From: Bacteroidaceae bacterium
Lineage (GTDB): Bacteria; Bacillota; Clostridia; Lachnospirales; Lachnospiraceae
DNA: 64,000 bases
Reading direction: 5' to 3'
Assembly (NCBI GenBank): GCA_963597615.1
Contig: CAVBQS010000040.1
Span: 7,366 to 71,365, forward strand
Each line of letters opens with the position of its first letter. Within the stretch, counting starts at the first letter, position 1. The position numbers and the translations under genes were made by a program. Under the pieces are notes generated by a model. That model was not told the origin of the DNA. It worked only from the letters and a program-made list of their open reading frames with translations, and made no database searches. This document shows positions 21,791 through 31,428 of this stretch, piece by piece.

Positions 21791-22378
21791 ATGGCAAAAA
21801 GAATTATTACAATTAGTAGAGAATTTGGAAGTGGCGGACGTTTAATCGGGGAAGAAGTAGCAAAGAAACTTGGAATTGCCTACTATGATAAAAACATTAT
21901 TAGCCAAATTGCAGAAAAGTCCGGCTTCGCCCCGGAATATATTAAAGAAAGTGCAGAGCTGTCGCCTCAAAAAGGTTTATTTGCCTATGCACTTGCGGGA
22001 CGTGATATCACTGGAAAATCAGTAGAAGATATGGTGTATGAGGCACAAAGAAAGGTTATTTTAGAATTGGCTGATAAGGAAGCCTGTGTGATTATTGGAA
22101 GAAATGCCGATTATATTCTAAAAGATCGGGAGGATGCGCTGAATGTATTTATTCATGGGGATATGCCAGAAAAAATAAAGCGAATCACAGGTTTGTATAA
22201 TGTAAAAGAGCAGGAAGCCATCAAAATCATGGTAGATGCAGACAAAAGGCGTATGACAAATTACAACTTTTATACAGAACAAAAATGGGGAAAAGCCAGC
22301 AATTATACCCTGTGCCTCAATAGCTCCCAGCTCGGATATGACAGATGTGAAGCAATCATTCTAGAGTGTGTAAAATGA
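21791..22378 (+). CDS. cytidylate kinase-like family protein (P-loop NTPase)
   Basis: 195 aa. An N-terminal IITISREFGSGGRLIGEEVAKKLG P-loop-like motif typical of this family. Confidence 0.65.
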   Translation: MAKRIITISREFGSGGRLIGEEVAKKLGIAYYDKNIISQIAEKSGFAPEYIKESAELSPQKGLFAYALAGRDITGKSVEDMVYEAQRKVILELADKEACVIIGRNADYILKDREDALNVFIHGDMPEKIKRITGLYNVKEQEAIKIMVDADKRRMTNYNFYTEQKWGKASNYTLCLNSSQLGYDRCEAIILECVK

Positions 22379-22422
22379 AAAATCTGGACAAATTAGGGTT
22401 TCACAAATTCTTCACAAAATTA

Positions 22423-22465
22423 TTAGCACTCGACGCTTGACAGTGCTAATAATAGGTGTTATATT
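22423..22465 (+). promoter_or_regulatory. CIRCE-like operator overlapping a sigmaA-type promoter (hsp20 copy 2)
   Basis: TTAGCACTC-N9-CAGTGCTAA (22423-22449). TTGACA at 22437-22442 lies inside the operator. TATATT at 22460-22465 follows after a 17-nt spacer. Confidence 0.75.
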
Positions 22466-22497
22466 ACGTGTAGAACAAAGGAAAGGAGATATGACTT

Positions 22498-22911
22498 ATG
22501 ATGATGCCTAGTATTTTTAAAGATAATTTATTTGATAATTTTGGATTCCCTACATTTTCCAATGAAAAGAACCTTATGACGACGGATGTGAAAGAGTTAG
22601 AGAAGGGTTACGAAGTAGATATTGAGTTGCCGGGATTTGACAAGCAGGATATTAAGATGCAGTTGAAGGATGGCATGCTTACCGTATACGCAACCAAGGA
22701 GGCAGACAAGAAGGATGAAGATAAGAATAAGAAGTTTGTCCGGAGAGAACGTTTCTCAGGAAGTCTTAGCAGAAGCTTTGGTGTGGGTGACCATGTTACA
22801 GAGGAAGATATCCATCCGAAGTATGAGAATGGAATTTTGTCCTTTGTAATTCCAAAAAAGGAAGCGAAGCCTGTAGAAGAGAAGAAGCATTACATAACCA
22901 TTGAAGGTTAA
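22498..22911 (+). CDS. Hsp20/alpha-crystallin family small heat-shock protein (copy 2)
   Basis: 137 aa and a clear paralog of copy 1. The first 7 residues are identical (MMMPSIF) and the LSRSF...HPKYENGILSF block is conserved. Confidence 0.9.
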   Translation: MMMPSIFKDNLFDNFGFPTFSNEKNLMTTDVKELEKGYEVDIELPGFDKQDIKMQLKDGMLTVYATKEADKKDEDKNKKFVRRERFSGSLSRSFGVGDHVTEEDIHPKYENGILSFVIPKKEAKPVEEKKHYITIEG

Positions 22912-22928
22912 TCTTTCATATATTCAAA

Positions 22929-22965
22929 CAATTCCCCGCAGGCAGCCAGTCTGCGGGGAATTTTA
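22929..22965 (+). terminator. hairpin with short T-run between hsp20 copy 2 and the J-protein gene (possible partial terminator)
   Basis: AATTCCCCGCAG-N9-CTGCGGGGAATT followed by TTT only. Confidence 0.5.
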
Positions 22966-22981
22966 ATAAAGGAGGGATTGG

Positions 22982-24043
22982 ATGGCAACCAAAAGAGATT
23001 ATTATGAAATCCTTGGAATAGATAAACATGCAGACAGTAAAGCAATTAAAAAGGCCTACCGAAAGTTAGCAAAACAATTCCATCCGGATACCAACAAAGA
23101 CAACCCTCAAGCGGAAGAAAAATTTAAAGAGGCTACAGAAGCCTACAATATTTTAAGTGATCCAGAAAAGAGAAAGCTATATGATCAGTTTGGCCATAAT
23201 GCACCTTATGAATCCCAGGGGGCAGGTGCCTATGGAGGTCCACAGGGTGGAACCTATACCTACAGTGATTCGAATGGTAACTTCCACCAGTACTACTACC
23301 AAGGGGACATGGGAGATTTTGATGATATTTTGAAAAATATTTTCCATGGCTTTGGCAGTGGCAGTGGATTCACCGGAGGAAGTGGCTTTGGCACTGACAG
23401 CGATTTTGGAAGTGGCAGTAACTTCGGTAGGGGAGCTGCCGGTAGAAGCAGCTTCCGCGGAGGCGGTCGAGGATTTTCCGGAAGCTTTCCAAGGGATGGG
23501 GCAGATATCCGGGGGGATATTAATGTAAGCTTTGAGGAAGCTGCCTTTGGAGGAGATAAGACCGTGAGCCTTACAGATCCAGAAGGTGGTGGAAGTAAAA
23601 CCTACCAGGTTCACATTCCGGCAGGAATTGATACCGGAAAGAGTATCCGGTTAAAGGGAAAGGGAATGCCGGGCAGTGGTGGCGGAAAGGATGGAGACCT
23701 ACTTTTGAAAGTTAAGGTTGCGGAAAAACCAGGTTTTGAGCGAAGGGATATGGATGTATACAGTAGTGTGCAGGTTCCTTTTACTACCGCAGTCTTAGGA
23801 GGAGAAGCCCTTGTAAAAACCCTTACAGGAAATGTTCTTTGCAAAATTAAGCCCGGCACCCAGTCCGGTACTAAGATCCGACTGCGAGGGAAAGGAATTG
23901 TATCCATGAGGAATTCTTCCCTAAAGGGAGACCAATATGTAACTGTTCAGATTCAGGTTCCTACTAATCTTTCGGAAAAAGCAAAGCAAAAATTAAAAGA
24001 ATTTGAAGCGGTCATAAAGAAAAGCGGTAGGGGAGTAGCATAA
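22982..24043 (+). CDS. class-II J-domain co-chaperone (DnaJ/CbpA-like, no zinc-finger domain)
   Basis: J-domain with HPD (QFHPDTNK), a long G/F/S-rich linker and two C-terminal beta domains. It has a single Cys, so the CxxCxGxG repeats of class-I DnaJ are absent. Confidence 0.85.
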   Translation: MATKRDYYEILGIDKHADSKAIKKAYRKLAKQFHPDTNKDNPQAEEKFKEATEAYNILSDPEKRKLYDQFGHNAPYESQGAGAYGGPQGGTYTYSDSNGNFHQYYYQGDMGDFDDILKNIFHGFGSGSGFTGGSGFGTDSDFGSGSNFGRGAAGRSSFRGGGRGFSGSFPRDGADIRGDINVSFEEAAFGGDKTVSLTDPEGGGSKTYQVHIPAGIDTGKSIRLKGKGMPGSGGGKDGDLLLKVKVAEKPGFERRDMDVYSSVQVPFTTAVLGGEALVKTLTGNVLCKIKPGTQSGTKIRLRGKGIVSMRNSSLKGDQYVTVQIQVPTNLSEKAKQKLKEFEAVIKKSGRGVA

Positions 24044-24097
24044 CATTTTATAAAACAACAAGCCTTTAATTGGCGATTTATATAGATGGAAAAAGAA

Positions 24098-24140
24098 TTA
24101 GCACTCGTCTATTGACGTGGCTAATAACTGGTAGTAAAAT
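24098..24140 (+). promoter_or_regulatory. degenerate CIRCE-like operator overlapping the clpB promoter
   Basis: TTAGCACTC-N9-CGTGGCTAA (24098-24124): the left arm is perfect and the right arm matches 5/9. TTGACG at 24112-24117 and TAAAAT at 24135-24140 are separated by 17 nt. Confidence 0.5.
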
Positions 24141-24190
24141 ACGAAAATGTAAAAGGAAGAATGAAGTGCCTTGTGAAAGGAGGCGTGTTT

Positions 24191-26791
24191 ATGAATATAA
24201 CTAAATTTACTCAGAATTCAAGACAGTCTATTGAAGATTGTTCAAAAGTTGCTCTTGAATATGGAAATCAGGAAATTGCCCAGGAACATTTGTTGTATGC
24301 GCTGTTTACCCAGGATGACAGTCTTATGGCAAAACTGGTGGAGAAGATGGGATTGAATTCCAATGCCCTTATTTCTCAGGTGGAGCAGATGATCGGGAAA
24401 CGTCCCAAGGTTCAGGGCGGACAGCAGTATGTAGGCCAGGACCTTAACAATGTTTTGATCTATGCAGAGGATGAGGCAAAACAGATGGGAGATGAATACG
24501 TCTCTGTAGAGCATTTGTTTCTAGCCATGATGAAATATGCCAGCAAGGAAATGAAGGCATTTTTTAGAGAAAATGGAATTAGCAGAGAGGGATTTTTGCA
24601 GGCCCTTTCTACTGTCCGGGGAAACCAAAGAGTCACCAGTGACAATCCGGAGGCCACCTATGATACCTTGAATAAATATGGTGTTGATCTGGTGGAGAGA
24701 GCCAAGGATCAGAAACTAGATCCAGTCATTGGCCGTGATACAGAGATTCGGAATGTAGTTCGGATTCTTTCAAGAAAAACTAAGAACAATCCGGTACTGA
24801 TTGGTGAACCAGGTGTTGGTAAGACGGCAGTTGTAGAAGGCCTGGCCCAGCGTATTGTCAGAGGGGACGTGCCGGAGGGCTTAAAGGATAAGACTATTTT
24901 CTCCCTGGATATGGGAGCCTTGGTTGCTGGGGCTAAGTACCGTGGTGAGTTTGAGGAGCGATTAAAGGCTGTTTTGGAAGAAGTAAAAAACAGCGAAGGA
25001 AAAATTATCCTCTTTATCGATGAGCTCCATACCATTGTAGGAGCAGGAAAGACCGATGGAGCCATGGATGCTGGAAATATGTTAAAACCTATGCTGGCAA
25101 GAGGTGAGCTTCATTGTATCGGGGCCACTACCTTAGATGAGTATCGTCAATATATTGAAAAGGATGCAGCCTTAGAACGTCGTTTCCAGCCGGTTATGGT
25201 GGATGAGCCTACAGTGGAAGATGCCATCTCCATCCTTCGTGGTTTGAAGGAACGCTATGAAGTATTCCACGGAGTAAAGATTACAGACAGCGCCTTAGTG
25301 GCAGCGGCAACCTTATCAGACCGTTATATTTCCGACAGGTTCCTTCCGGATAAGGCCATTGACTTGGTGGATGAGGCCTGCGCCCTTATTAAGACAGAAT
25401 TAGATTCTATGCCTACCGAACTGGATGAATTAAAACGAAAGATCATGCAGTTAGAAATTGAGGAGGCGGCCCTTAAGAAAGAGGAGGACAGGCTAAGTAA
25501 AGAACGTCTGGAGAATCTTCAAAAAGAGCTGGCTGAGCTTCGAGAAGAATTTGCCGGACAGAAGGCTCAGTGGGACAATGAAAAGGTAGAAGTAGAGCGG
25601 GTTCAAAAAATCCGTGAGGAGATTGAGCAGGTAAATAAAGAGATTGAGAAAGCCCAACAGTCCTATGATCTGGAAAGTGCAGCAGCCCTTAAGTTTGGTA
25701 AGCTTCCACAACTTCAGAAGAAGTTAGAAGAAGCGGAAGAAAAAGCCAAAGAAAGGGAGGCGGGAAATTCTCTGGTACATGAAAGTGTAACAGAAGATGA
25801 GATTGCAAGAATCGTATCCAGATGGACAGGAATTCCGGTAGCCAAACTAAACGAAAGTGAGCGAAATAAGACCCTCCATCTGGCAGATGAACTCCACAAA
25901 CGTGTCGTTGGTCAGGATGAAGGTGTGGAGTTAGTAACAGAAGCCATTATTCGGTCTAAGGCAGGAATCAAAGATCCTACAAAGCCGATTGGTTCCTTCT
26001 TATTTCTTGGACCTACAGGAGTTGGTAAGACAGAGCTTGCTAAGGCTCTAGCAGAAAGCCTATTTGACGATGAGAACAACATGGTTCGAATCGATATGAG
26101 TGAGTACATGGAGAAGTATTCTGTATCTAGACTAATTGGAGCGCCTCCGGGATATGTAGGCTATGATGAAGGTGGACAGCTTACAGAGGCAGTTAGAAGG
26201 AAGCCATACTCTGTTGTACTCTTTGATGAGGTAGAAAAAGCCCATCCAGATGTCTTTAACGTACTCTTGCAGGTATTAGATGACGGACGAATCACAGATT
26301 CACAGGGAAGAACCGTGGACTTTAAAAATACGATTTTGATTATGACCTCCAACATTGGTTCCCAGTATCTTTTGGATGGAATTAATGATCAGGGAGAGAT
26401 TAGTCAGGAATCCAAAGATGCGGTAATGAATGACTTGCGGGCACATTTTAGACCAGAATTTTTAAATCGATTGGATGAGACCATTATGTTTAAGCCACTT
26501 ACTAAGGATAATATTTACCACATTATTGATCTGATGGTGGCAGACGTAAACAAGAGATTGCAGGATCGGGAAGTGCAGATTTTACTTACAGAAAACGCGA
26601 AAAATTACATAGCTACCTATGGATATGAGCCTAGCTATGGTGCAAGACCACTAAAGAGATATCTTCAGAAACACGTAGAGACTCAGGCGGCAAAATTAAT
26701 GCTGGAAGGAAATGTAGGAACAGGAGATACTATCCAGTTGGATGTGGCAGATGACAAATTGGTGGCTACTGCTGTAAGGTATGAGGATTAA
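24191..26791 (+). CDS. clpB: ATP-dependent chaperone/disaggregase ClpB
   Basis: 866 aa. Clp_N domain, two AAA+ modules (GEPGVGKT and GPTGVGKT) and a long coiled-coil M-domain between them. Start moved to ATG 24191 behind GGAGG. Confidence 0.95.
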   Translation: MNITKFTQNSRQSIEDCSKVALEYGNQEIAQEHLLYALFTQDDSLMAKLVEKMGLNSNALISQVEQMIGKRPKVQGGQQYVGQDLNNVLIYAEDEAKQMGDEYVSVEHLFLAMMKYASKEMKAFFRENGISREGFLQALSTVRGNQRVTSDNPEATYDTLNKYGVDLVERAKDQKLDPVIGRDTEIRNVVRILSRKTKNNPVLIGEPGVGKTAVVEGLAQRIVRGDVPEGLKDKTIFSLDMGALVAGAKYRGEFEERLKAVLEEVKNSEGKIILFIDELHTIVGAGKTDGAMDAGNMLKPMLARGELHCIGATTLDEYRQYIEKDAALERRFQPVMVDEPTVEDAISILRGLKERYEVFHGVKITDSALVAAATLSDRYISDRFLPDKAIDLVDEACALIKTELDSMPTELDELKRKIMQLEIEEAALKKEEDRLSKERLENLQKELAELREEFAGQKAQWDNEKVEVERVQKIREEIEQVNKEIEKAQQSYDLESAAALKFGKLPQLQKKLEEAEEKAKEREAGNSLVHESVTEDEIARIVSRWTGIPVAKLNESERNKTLHLADELHKRVVGQDEGVELVTEAIIRSKAGIKDPTKPIGSFLFLGPTGVGKTELAKALAESLFDDENNMVRIDMSEYMEKYSVSRLIGAPPGYVGYDEGGQLTEAVRRKPYSVVLFDEVEKAHPDVFNVLLQVLDDGRITDSQGRTVDFKNTILIMTSNIGSQYLLDGINDQGEISQESKDAVMNDLRAHFRPEFLNRLDETIMFKPLTKDNIYHIIDLMVADVNKRLQDREVQILLTENAKNYIATYGYEPSYGARPLKRYLQKHVETQAAKLMLEGNVGTGDTIQLDVADDKLVATAVRYED

Positions 26792-26873
26792 CCCCTCTTC
26801 AATCGTAGAAAGTCACAAAACTCCGGTCTCTAGTTGACAATTTCCCCACAAGAAGACTATCATAAATAACATA

Positions 26874-26926
26874 AGAGCAGGTGCGAATTATATGTAACAT
26901 ATGGTTTGCGTTTGCTCTTTTTTTTA
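26874..26926 (+). terminator. rho-independent terminator after clpB
   Basis: AGAGCAGGTGCGAA...TTTGCGTTTGCTCT hairpin (with G-U pairs) followed by T8. Confidence 0.8.
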
Positions 26927-26931
26927 TGCAT

Positions 26932-27008
26932 TAGGTAATTGCGAAAGGTTAGACGTTTCATGGCATGTGTACATGCCAGTGTAAGCTTTCGAGTTTTGCA
27001 ATTACCTA
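26932..27008 (+). repeat. 77-nt nested inverted repeat immediately upstream of the yitT-like gene
   Basis: The outer arms TAGGTAATTGC (26932-26942) and GCAATTACCTA (26998-27008) are perfect. GAAAG/CTTTC and an inner TGGCATGT..ACATGCCA (26961-26978) continue the stem. Confidence 0.6.
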
Positions 27009-27039
27009 GCACATAAAAAAGATCAAGGAGGGAAATGCG

Positions 27040-27915
27040 GTGAATAGAATCGATTGGAAAGAAATAGGAATTGATATTTTGGTAGATCTTGTGGCGGGAA
27101 TGATTCTGGCTATTGCGCTTTATAACTTCGCATTAAATGCCAATTTCCCGGTGGCAGGTTTTTCCGGAATGGCCATTATTCTCTACCATTTATTTAAAAT
27201 TCCGGTAGGTGCCGGAACCTTGCTTTTAAATGTTCCGGTGGCAATTTTATGTTATAAATTTTTGGGGAGAACCTTTTTCTTTAAATCCGTAAAGTCTATG
27301 GTAATCGGTTCTATTCTCATGGACTATGTGGCGCCCCTTTTTCCGGTCTATGAAGGCAGCCGTTTTTTGGCAGCCCTCTGTATGGGAGTTTTAAGTGGGG
27401 TGGGATATGCCCTGATCTTTATGAGGGGATCTTCCACAGGAGGTCAGGATTTTATTTCCATGTCCATTAAGAAAGTAAAACCTCATATTACCTTAGGAAT
27501 TATTACCTTTGTATTAGATGTTTGTACCATTATTTTGGGAACAGTGCTGGTATTTAAGGATGTAGATGGACTGATTTATGGTGTGATTGTCACCTACCTT
27601 ATGGCTTGGGTTATGGACCGCATTATGTATGGAATTGATGAGGGCAAGATGACCCTGATTGTAACAGAAAAGGGGCGGGGCCAGGAAATTGCAGATCGTA
27701 TTGATGAGTATTCCGGCCGAGGTTCCACCATTATCAAGGGAATTGGAAGTTACACCCAGCAGGATAAAGATATCATTATGTGTGCCTGCAACAACAAGCA
27801 AATGTATACCATAAAGAAAATGGTACATACCATTGATCCCAAAGCCTTTACCATTATTGTGGAATCCAATGAAGTAGTGGGAGAAGGATTTAAAGAAGAC
27901 TTAAGTGATCTTTAA
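27040..27915 (+). CDS. YitT family membrane protein (DUF2179 C-terminal domain)
   Basis: 291 aa with about 5 TM plus a soluble C-terminal domain. GTG start 7 nt after AAGGAGGG. Confidence 0.75.
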   Translation: MNRIDWKEIGIDILVDLVAGMILAIALYNFALNANFPVAGFSGMAIILYHLFKIPVGAGTLLLNVPVAILCYKFLGRTFFFKSVKSMVIGSILMDYVAPLFPVYEGSRFLAALCMGVLSGVGYALIFMRGSSTGGQDFISMSIKKVKPHITLGIITFVLDVCTIILGTVLVFKDVDGLIYGVIVTYLMAWVMDRIMYGIDEGKMTLIVTEKGRGQEIADRIDEYSGRGSTIIKGIGSYTQQDKDIIMCACNNKQMYTIKKMVHTIDPKAFTIIVESNEVVGEGFKEDLSDL

Positions 27916-27923
27916 AAATAGGG

Positions 27924-27952
27924 TTGACAAACCCAAAATAGACGCATATACT
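27924..27952 (+). promoter_or_regulatory. sigmaA-type promoter of the trp leader
   Basis: TTGACA (27924-27929), a 17-nt spacer and TATACT (27947-27952). Confidence 0.7.
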
Positions 27953-28250
27953 TAAGGCAAATTTAACACGTTAGTACACTAAATCGAAGATCAAGAGAAG
28001 TAGACCAAAGGATCTGTTCAAAGAGAGTTGCCGGTGGTGAGAAGGCGATAGCATGAGGCTTGGTTGAATGGACTTGAGAGAGTGGCTTGAAATCTTAAAT
28101 AATAGAGAGTAGATGTCAACGGGAGCCCTATCCGTTATCAACCGGGTATGCATGATTGTGCATAACAGAGTGGTCTTAATAAGACAATTTGGGTGGTACC
28201 GCAGAAGATTATGAAGCTTTTGTCCCTTACTTGGGGCAGAAGCTTTTTTT
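27953..28250 (+). promoter_or_regulatory. T-box leader RNA with tryptophan (UGG) specifier
   Basis: AG-bulge AGAGAG (28022-28027). Specifier context GAA-UGG-A with UGG at 28069-28071. T-box sequence AATTTGGGTGGTACCGCAG (28186-28204). Terminator AAGCTTTTGTCCC-N6-GGGGCAGAAGCTT plus T7 (28214-28250), directly upstream of trpE. Confidence 0.85.
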
Positions 28251-28369
28251 GCAATATCCACAAATAAGTTAGTTGGATTGTTTATATTGCAAAAAAGATA
28301 TTGCTCAAGTAAAGGGAGAATAATTTCATAATCTTCTGTGGTACTAAGGATTTAATATGAGGAGGAAGA

Positions 28370-29830
28370 ATGATGTATCCGGAATGCGACGAAATCTTAG
28401 AATTGGCTAAGTCTTATGACATTGTGCCGGTTTGTAAGGAGATTTATGCAGATGTTATAACACCAATTACCCTGCTTAGAAAGATTGCAGGTTTAAGTAA
28501 ACGATATTATTTGTTGGAGAGTATTGAAGGCGGTGAAAAATGGGGACGATATTCCTTCTTGGGATTTGATCCCATTATGAGAGTTTACTGTGAAAATAAT
28601 ACGGTTACCATTGAGCAGGATGGCCAGGAGAAAAAGATTCCTACGAAGAAGCCTTTAGAGGTTTTGAGGGAGATTATGAAAGACTATAAGGCTCCAAGGC
28701 TTCAGAACCTTCCTCCTTTTGCCGGAGGCTTGGTAGGATATTTTGCCTACGCTATGATGGGATATGCAGAGCCGGTATTAAAGATCAAGAAGGGCACCTT
28801 TCATGATTATGATCTTATGATGTTTGACAAGGTCATTGCCTATGATCATTTGAAACAAAAGATTTGTGTTATTGTCAATATGAAGACCGACAAGGTAATG
28901 GAAAATTATGGAAAGGCCACTGCAGATATTCAGAGCATTATCCACATGATTCGTCAGGCAGAGGTAAAGGAGATCCCTCTTTCTGACAGCAAGATTGATT
29001 TTACCTGTAATGTAAGTAAGGAAGACTATTGCAAGATTATTGAGAAAACCAAGGAATATATTGTAAATGGGGACATTTTCCAGGCAGTTATTGCAAGGCA
29101 GTTTAGCAGCCCCTATGAGGGAAGCCTTATTAATCCCTACCGGGTCCTTCGAACTACCAACCCATCCCCCTATATGGTCTTTATGAAAATCGATGATGAT
29201 GAACTGATGAGTAGTTCCCCGGAGACTTTGGTAAGACTGCAAAATGGAAGGTTGACCACCTTCCCGGTGGCAGGGTCAAGGCCTAGAGGAAAGACAGAGG
29301 AAGAAGACCAGGCTCTTGTAGAAGACCTTCTTGGAGATGAGAAGGAACTTTCCGAACACAACATGCTGGTGGACCTTGGAAGAAATGATTTGGGACGAAT
29401 TTCTAAATTTGACTCTGTGGAAGTTACAGAATATATGATGATTCACAAATATTCCAAGATCATGCACATTTGCTCCCAAGTAGAAAGTGATATCCGCCAG
29501 GACAAGGATGGCCTGGATGCCATTGAATCCGTCCTGCCGGCAGGAACTCTTTCCGGGGCACCTAAGATTCGGGCTTGCCAGATTATTGAGGAAATGGAAA
29601 GTGAAGAGCGAGGCATCTACGGAGGAGCCTTAGGCTATTTAGATTTTACCGGAAACTTAGATACCTGTATCGCCATCCGCATGGCAGTAAAGAAAAATGG
29701 TCGGGTCTATGTAGAGGCCGGGGGTGGAATCGTGGCGGACAGTATCCCGGAAAATGAATATCAGGAATCTGCAAATAAAGCAGCGGCAGTTATGAATGCC
29801 ATTAAAAATGCCAAGGAGGTGCTGGACTAA
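28370..29830 (+). CDS. trpE: anthranilate synthase component I
   Basis: 486 aa with the chorismate-binding C-terminal domain (GTLSGAPKIRACQIIEEME...RGIYGGALGY). The second ATG at 28373 has better RBS spacing. Confidence 0.93.
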   Translation: MMYPECDEILELAKSYDIVPVCKEIYADVITPITLLRKIAGLSKRYYLLESIEGGEKWGRYSFLGFDPIMRVYCENNTVTIEQDGQEKKIPTKKPLEVLREIMKDYKAPRLQNLPPFAGGLVGYFAYAMMGYAEPVLKIKKGTFHDYDLMMFDKVIAYDHLKQKICVIVNMKTDKVMENYGKATADIQSIIHMIRQAEVKEIPLSDSKIDFTCNVSKEDYCKIIEKTKEYIVNGDIFQAVIARQFSSPYEGSLINPYRVLRTTNPSPYMVFMKIDDDELMSSSPETLVRLQNGRLTTFPVAGSRPRGKTEEEDQALVEDLLGDEKELSEHNMLVDLGRNDLGRISKFDSVEVTEYMMIHKYSKIMHICSQVESDIRQDKDGLDAIESVLPAGTLSGAPKIRACQIIEEMESEERGIYGGALGYLDFTGNLDTCIAIRMAVKKNGRVYVEAGGGIVADSIPENEYQESANKAAAVMNAIKNAKEVLD

Positions 29831-30393
29831 TGGTACTTTTAATTGATAATTATGACAGTTTTTCTTATAACTTAGTACAGCTGGCCGGAAGCATTGAGCC
29901 GGACATTCAGGTGATTCGAAATGATGCTATGACAGCGGAAGAAATAGAAGCCCTAGCACCAGACCATATTATTTTATCTCCAGGGCCAGGTTACCCAAAG
30001 GATGCAGGGGTCTGCGAGGAAGTGGTAAAAAAACTAAAAGGAAAGATTCCGATTTTAGGAGTGTGTTTAGGACACCAGGCGATTTGCGAGGCCTTTGGAG
30101 CTACCATAGCCAGAGCCCCAAAGCTTATGCATGGAAAGAAAAGCCCTATGGATCTTATAGGAGAAAGCCCCTTGTTTAAGGGCTTGGGAGATAAGATGGA
30201 TGGAGCCAGATACCATTCCCTAGTGGCAGTAAAAGAAACCCTTCCGGAAGAATTGGAGGTTATCGCCACAGGGCCGGAGGGAGAAATTATGGCAGTCCAG
30301 CATAAAGACTACCCAGTATATGGATTACAGTTTCACCCGGAATCCATCCTAACCCCTAAGGGACGAATCTTGATGGAGAATTACTTACAATGA
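29830..30393 (+). CDS. trpG: anthranilate synthase component II (glutamine amidotransferase)
   Basis: 187 aa, class-I GATase (ILGVCLGHQ, QFHPES). TAATG overlap with trpE. Confidence 0.93.
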   Translation: MVLLIDNYDSFSYNLVQLAGSIEPDIQVIRNDAMTAEEIEALAPDHIILSPGPGYPKDAGVCEEVVKKLKGKIPILGVCLGHQAICEAFGATIARAPKLMHGKKSPMDLIGESPLFKGLGDKMDGARYHSLVAVKETLPEELEVIATGPEGEIMAVQHKDYPVYGLQFHPESILTPKGRILMENYLQ

Positions 30394-30405
30394 AAGGAGA
30401 TTAGC

Positions 30406-31416
30406 ATGATTAAGGAAGCAATTTATAAAGTAGTAAATAGGGAAAATTTAACAGCAGCTGAGGCTGAGGCTGTTATGGAAGAGATTATGTCAGGCAATGC
30501 CACCCAGGCTCAGATGTCTGCATTTCTTACAGGTCTTCGCATGAAGGGGGAGACCATTGAAGAGATTACAGCCTTAGCAAAGGGCATGAGAGCCAAAGGC
30601 ACAAAGGTAAATACCAATGGAGATGTGTTTGAAATCGTAGGAACCGGCGGAGATGAGGTGGGAACCTTTAATATTTCCACTACGTCAGCCTTTGTGATTG
30701 CCTCTGCAGGAGTTTCTGTGGCAAAGCATGGCAACCGCAGCGTTTCCAGCAAAAGCGGGGCTGCAGATGTGTTAGAACATTTGGGAGTGAATTTAAATTT
30801 AGATGCGGCCCAGAATGAAGAAGTCCTAAAAAAAGTTGGAATTTGCTTCTTATTTGCCCAGGTTTATCACTCTTCTATGAAGTATGTAGGCCCGGTGCGT
30901 AAGGAAATCGGAATTCGAACCGTATTTAATATTTTAGGACCTCTTACCAATCCGGCAGCAGCAAATTTGCAGCTTTTAGGGGTCTATGATGAGAAACTTG
31001 CCAAGCCTTTAGCTCAGGTTCTTTCCAATTTAGGAGTAGTTCGAGGAGCCTCTGTCTACGGAAATGGGTTAGATGAGATAACCCTGGCAGGTCCTAGTAA
31101 GGTATACGAGATCAACCATGGAACCATTACAAATTATGAGATTAGTCCAGAGCAGTTTGGATTTAAGACCTGTGACCTGGAAGACTTAATCGGAGGAACT
31201 CCGGAAGAGAATGCCCAGATTACAAAAGATATTTTATCAGGAAAAGAACAGGGACCAAAACGCCAGGTAGTGCAGATGAATGCCGGCATGAGCCTTTATT
31301 TGGCTGGAAAGGCAGACACTTTAGAAGAAGGGGTGAAGCTGGCAGGAGACTTGATTGACTCTGGAAAGGCACTGAAGAAACTGGAAGCCTTTAAAGAAGC
31401 TACACAGACTGTATAG
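30406..31416 (+). CDS. trpD: anthranilate phosphoribosyltransferase
   Basis: 336 aa with GTGGDEVGTFNISTTSAFV and KHGNRSVSSKSGAADVLE motifs. Confidence 0.93.
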   Translation: MIKEAIYKVVNRENLTAAEAEAVMEEIMSGNATQAQMSAFLTGLRMKGETIEEITALAKGMRAKGTKVNTNGDVFEIVGTGGDEVGTFNISTTSAFVIASAGVSVAKHGNRSVSSKSGAADVLEHLGVNLNLDAAQNEEVLKKVGICFLFAQVYHSSMKYVGPVRKEIGIRTVFNILGPLTNPAAANLQLLGVYDEKLAKPLAQVLSNLGVVRGASVYGNGLDEITLAGPSKVYEINHGTITNYEISPEQFGFKTCDLEDLIGGTPEENAQITKDILSGKEQGPKRQVVQMNAGMSLYLAGKADTLEEGVKLAGDLIDSGKALKKLEAFKEATQTV

Positions 31417-31428
31417 GATGGAGGAGCT

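Noticed and set aside
23177-23907. Antisense and alternate-frame ORFs inside the J-protein gene (23177-23614, 23346-23528, 23611-23907)
   Set aside because: They are produced by the GGN/TTY-rich G/F linker and lack start-site support. The J-protein frame is continuous.
27971-28261. 96-aa minus-strand ORF between the yitT-like gene and trpE
   Set aside because: It lies entirely within the T-box leader, has no RBS, and the region is explained by the RNA element.
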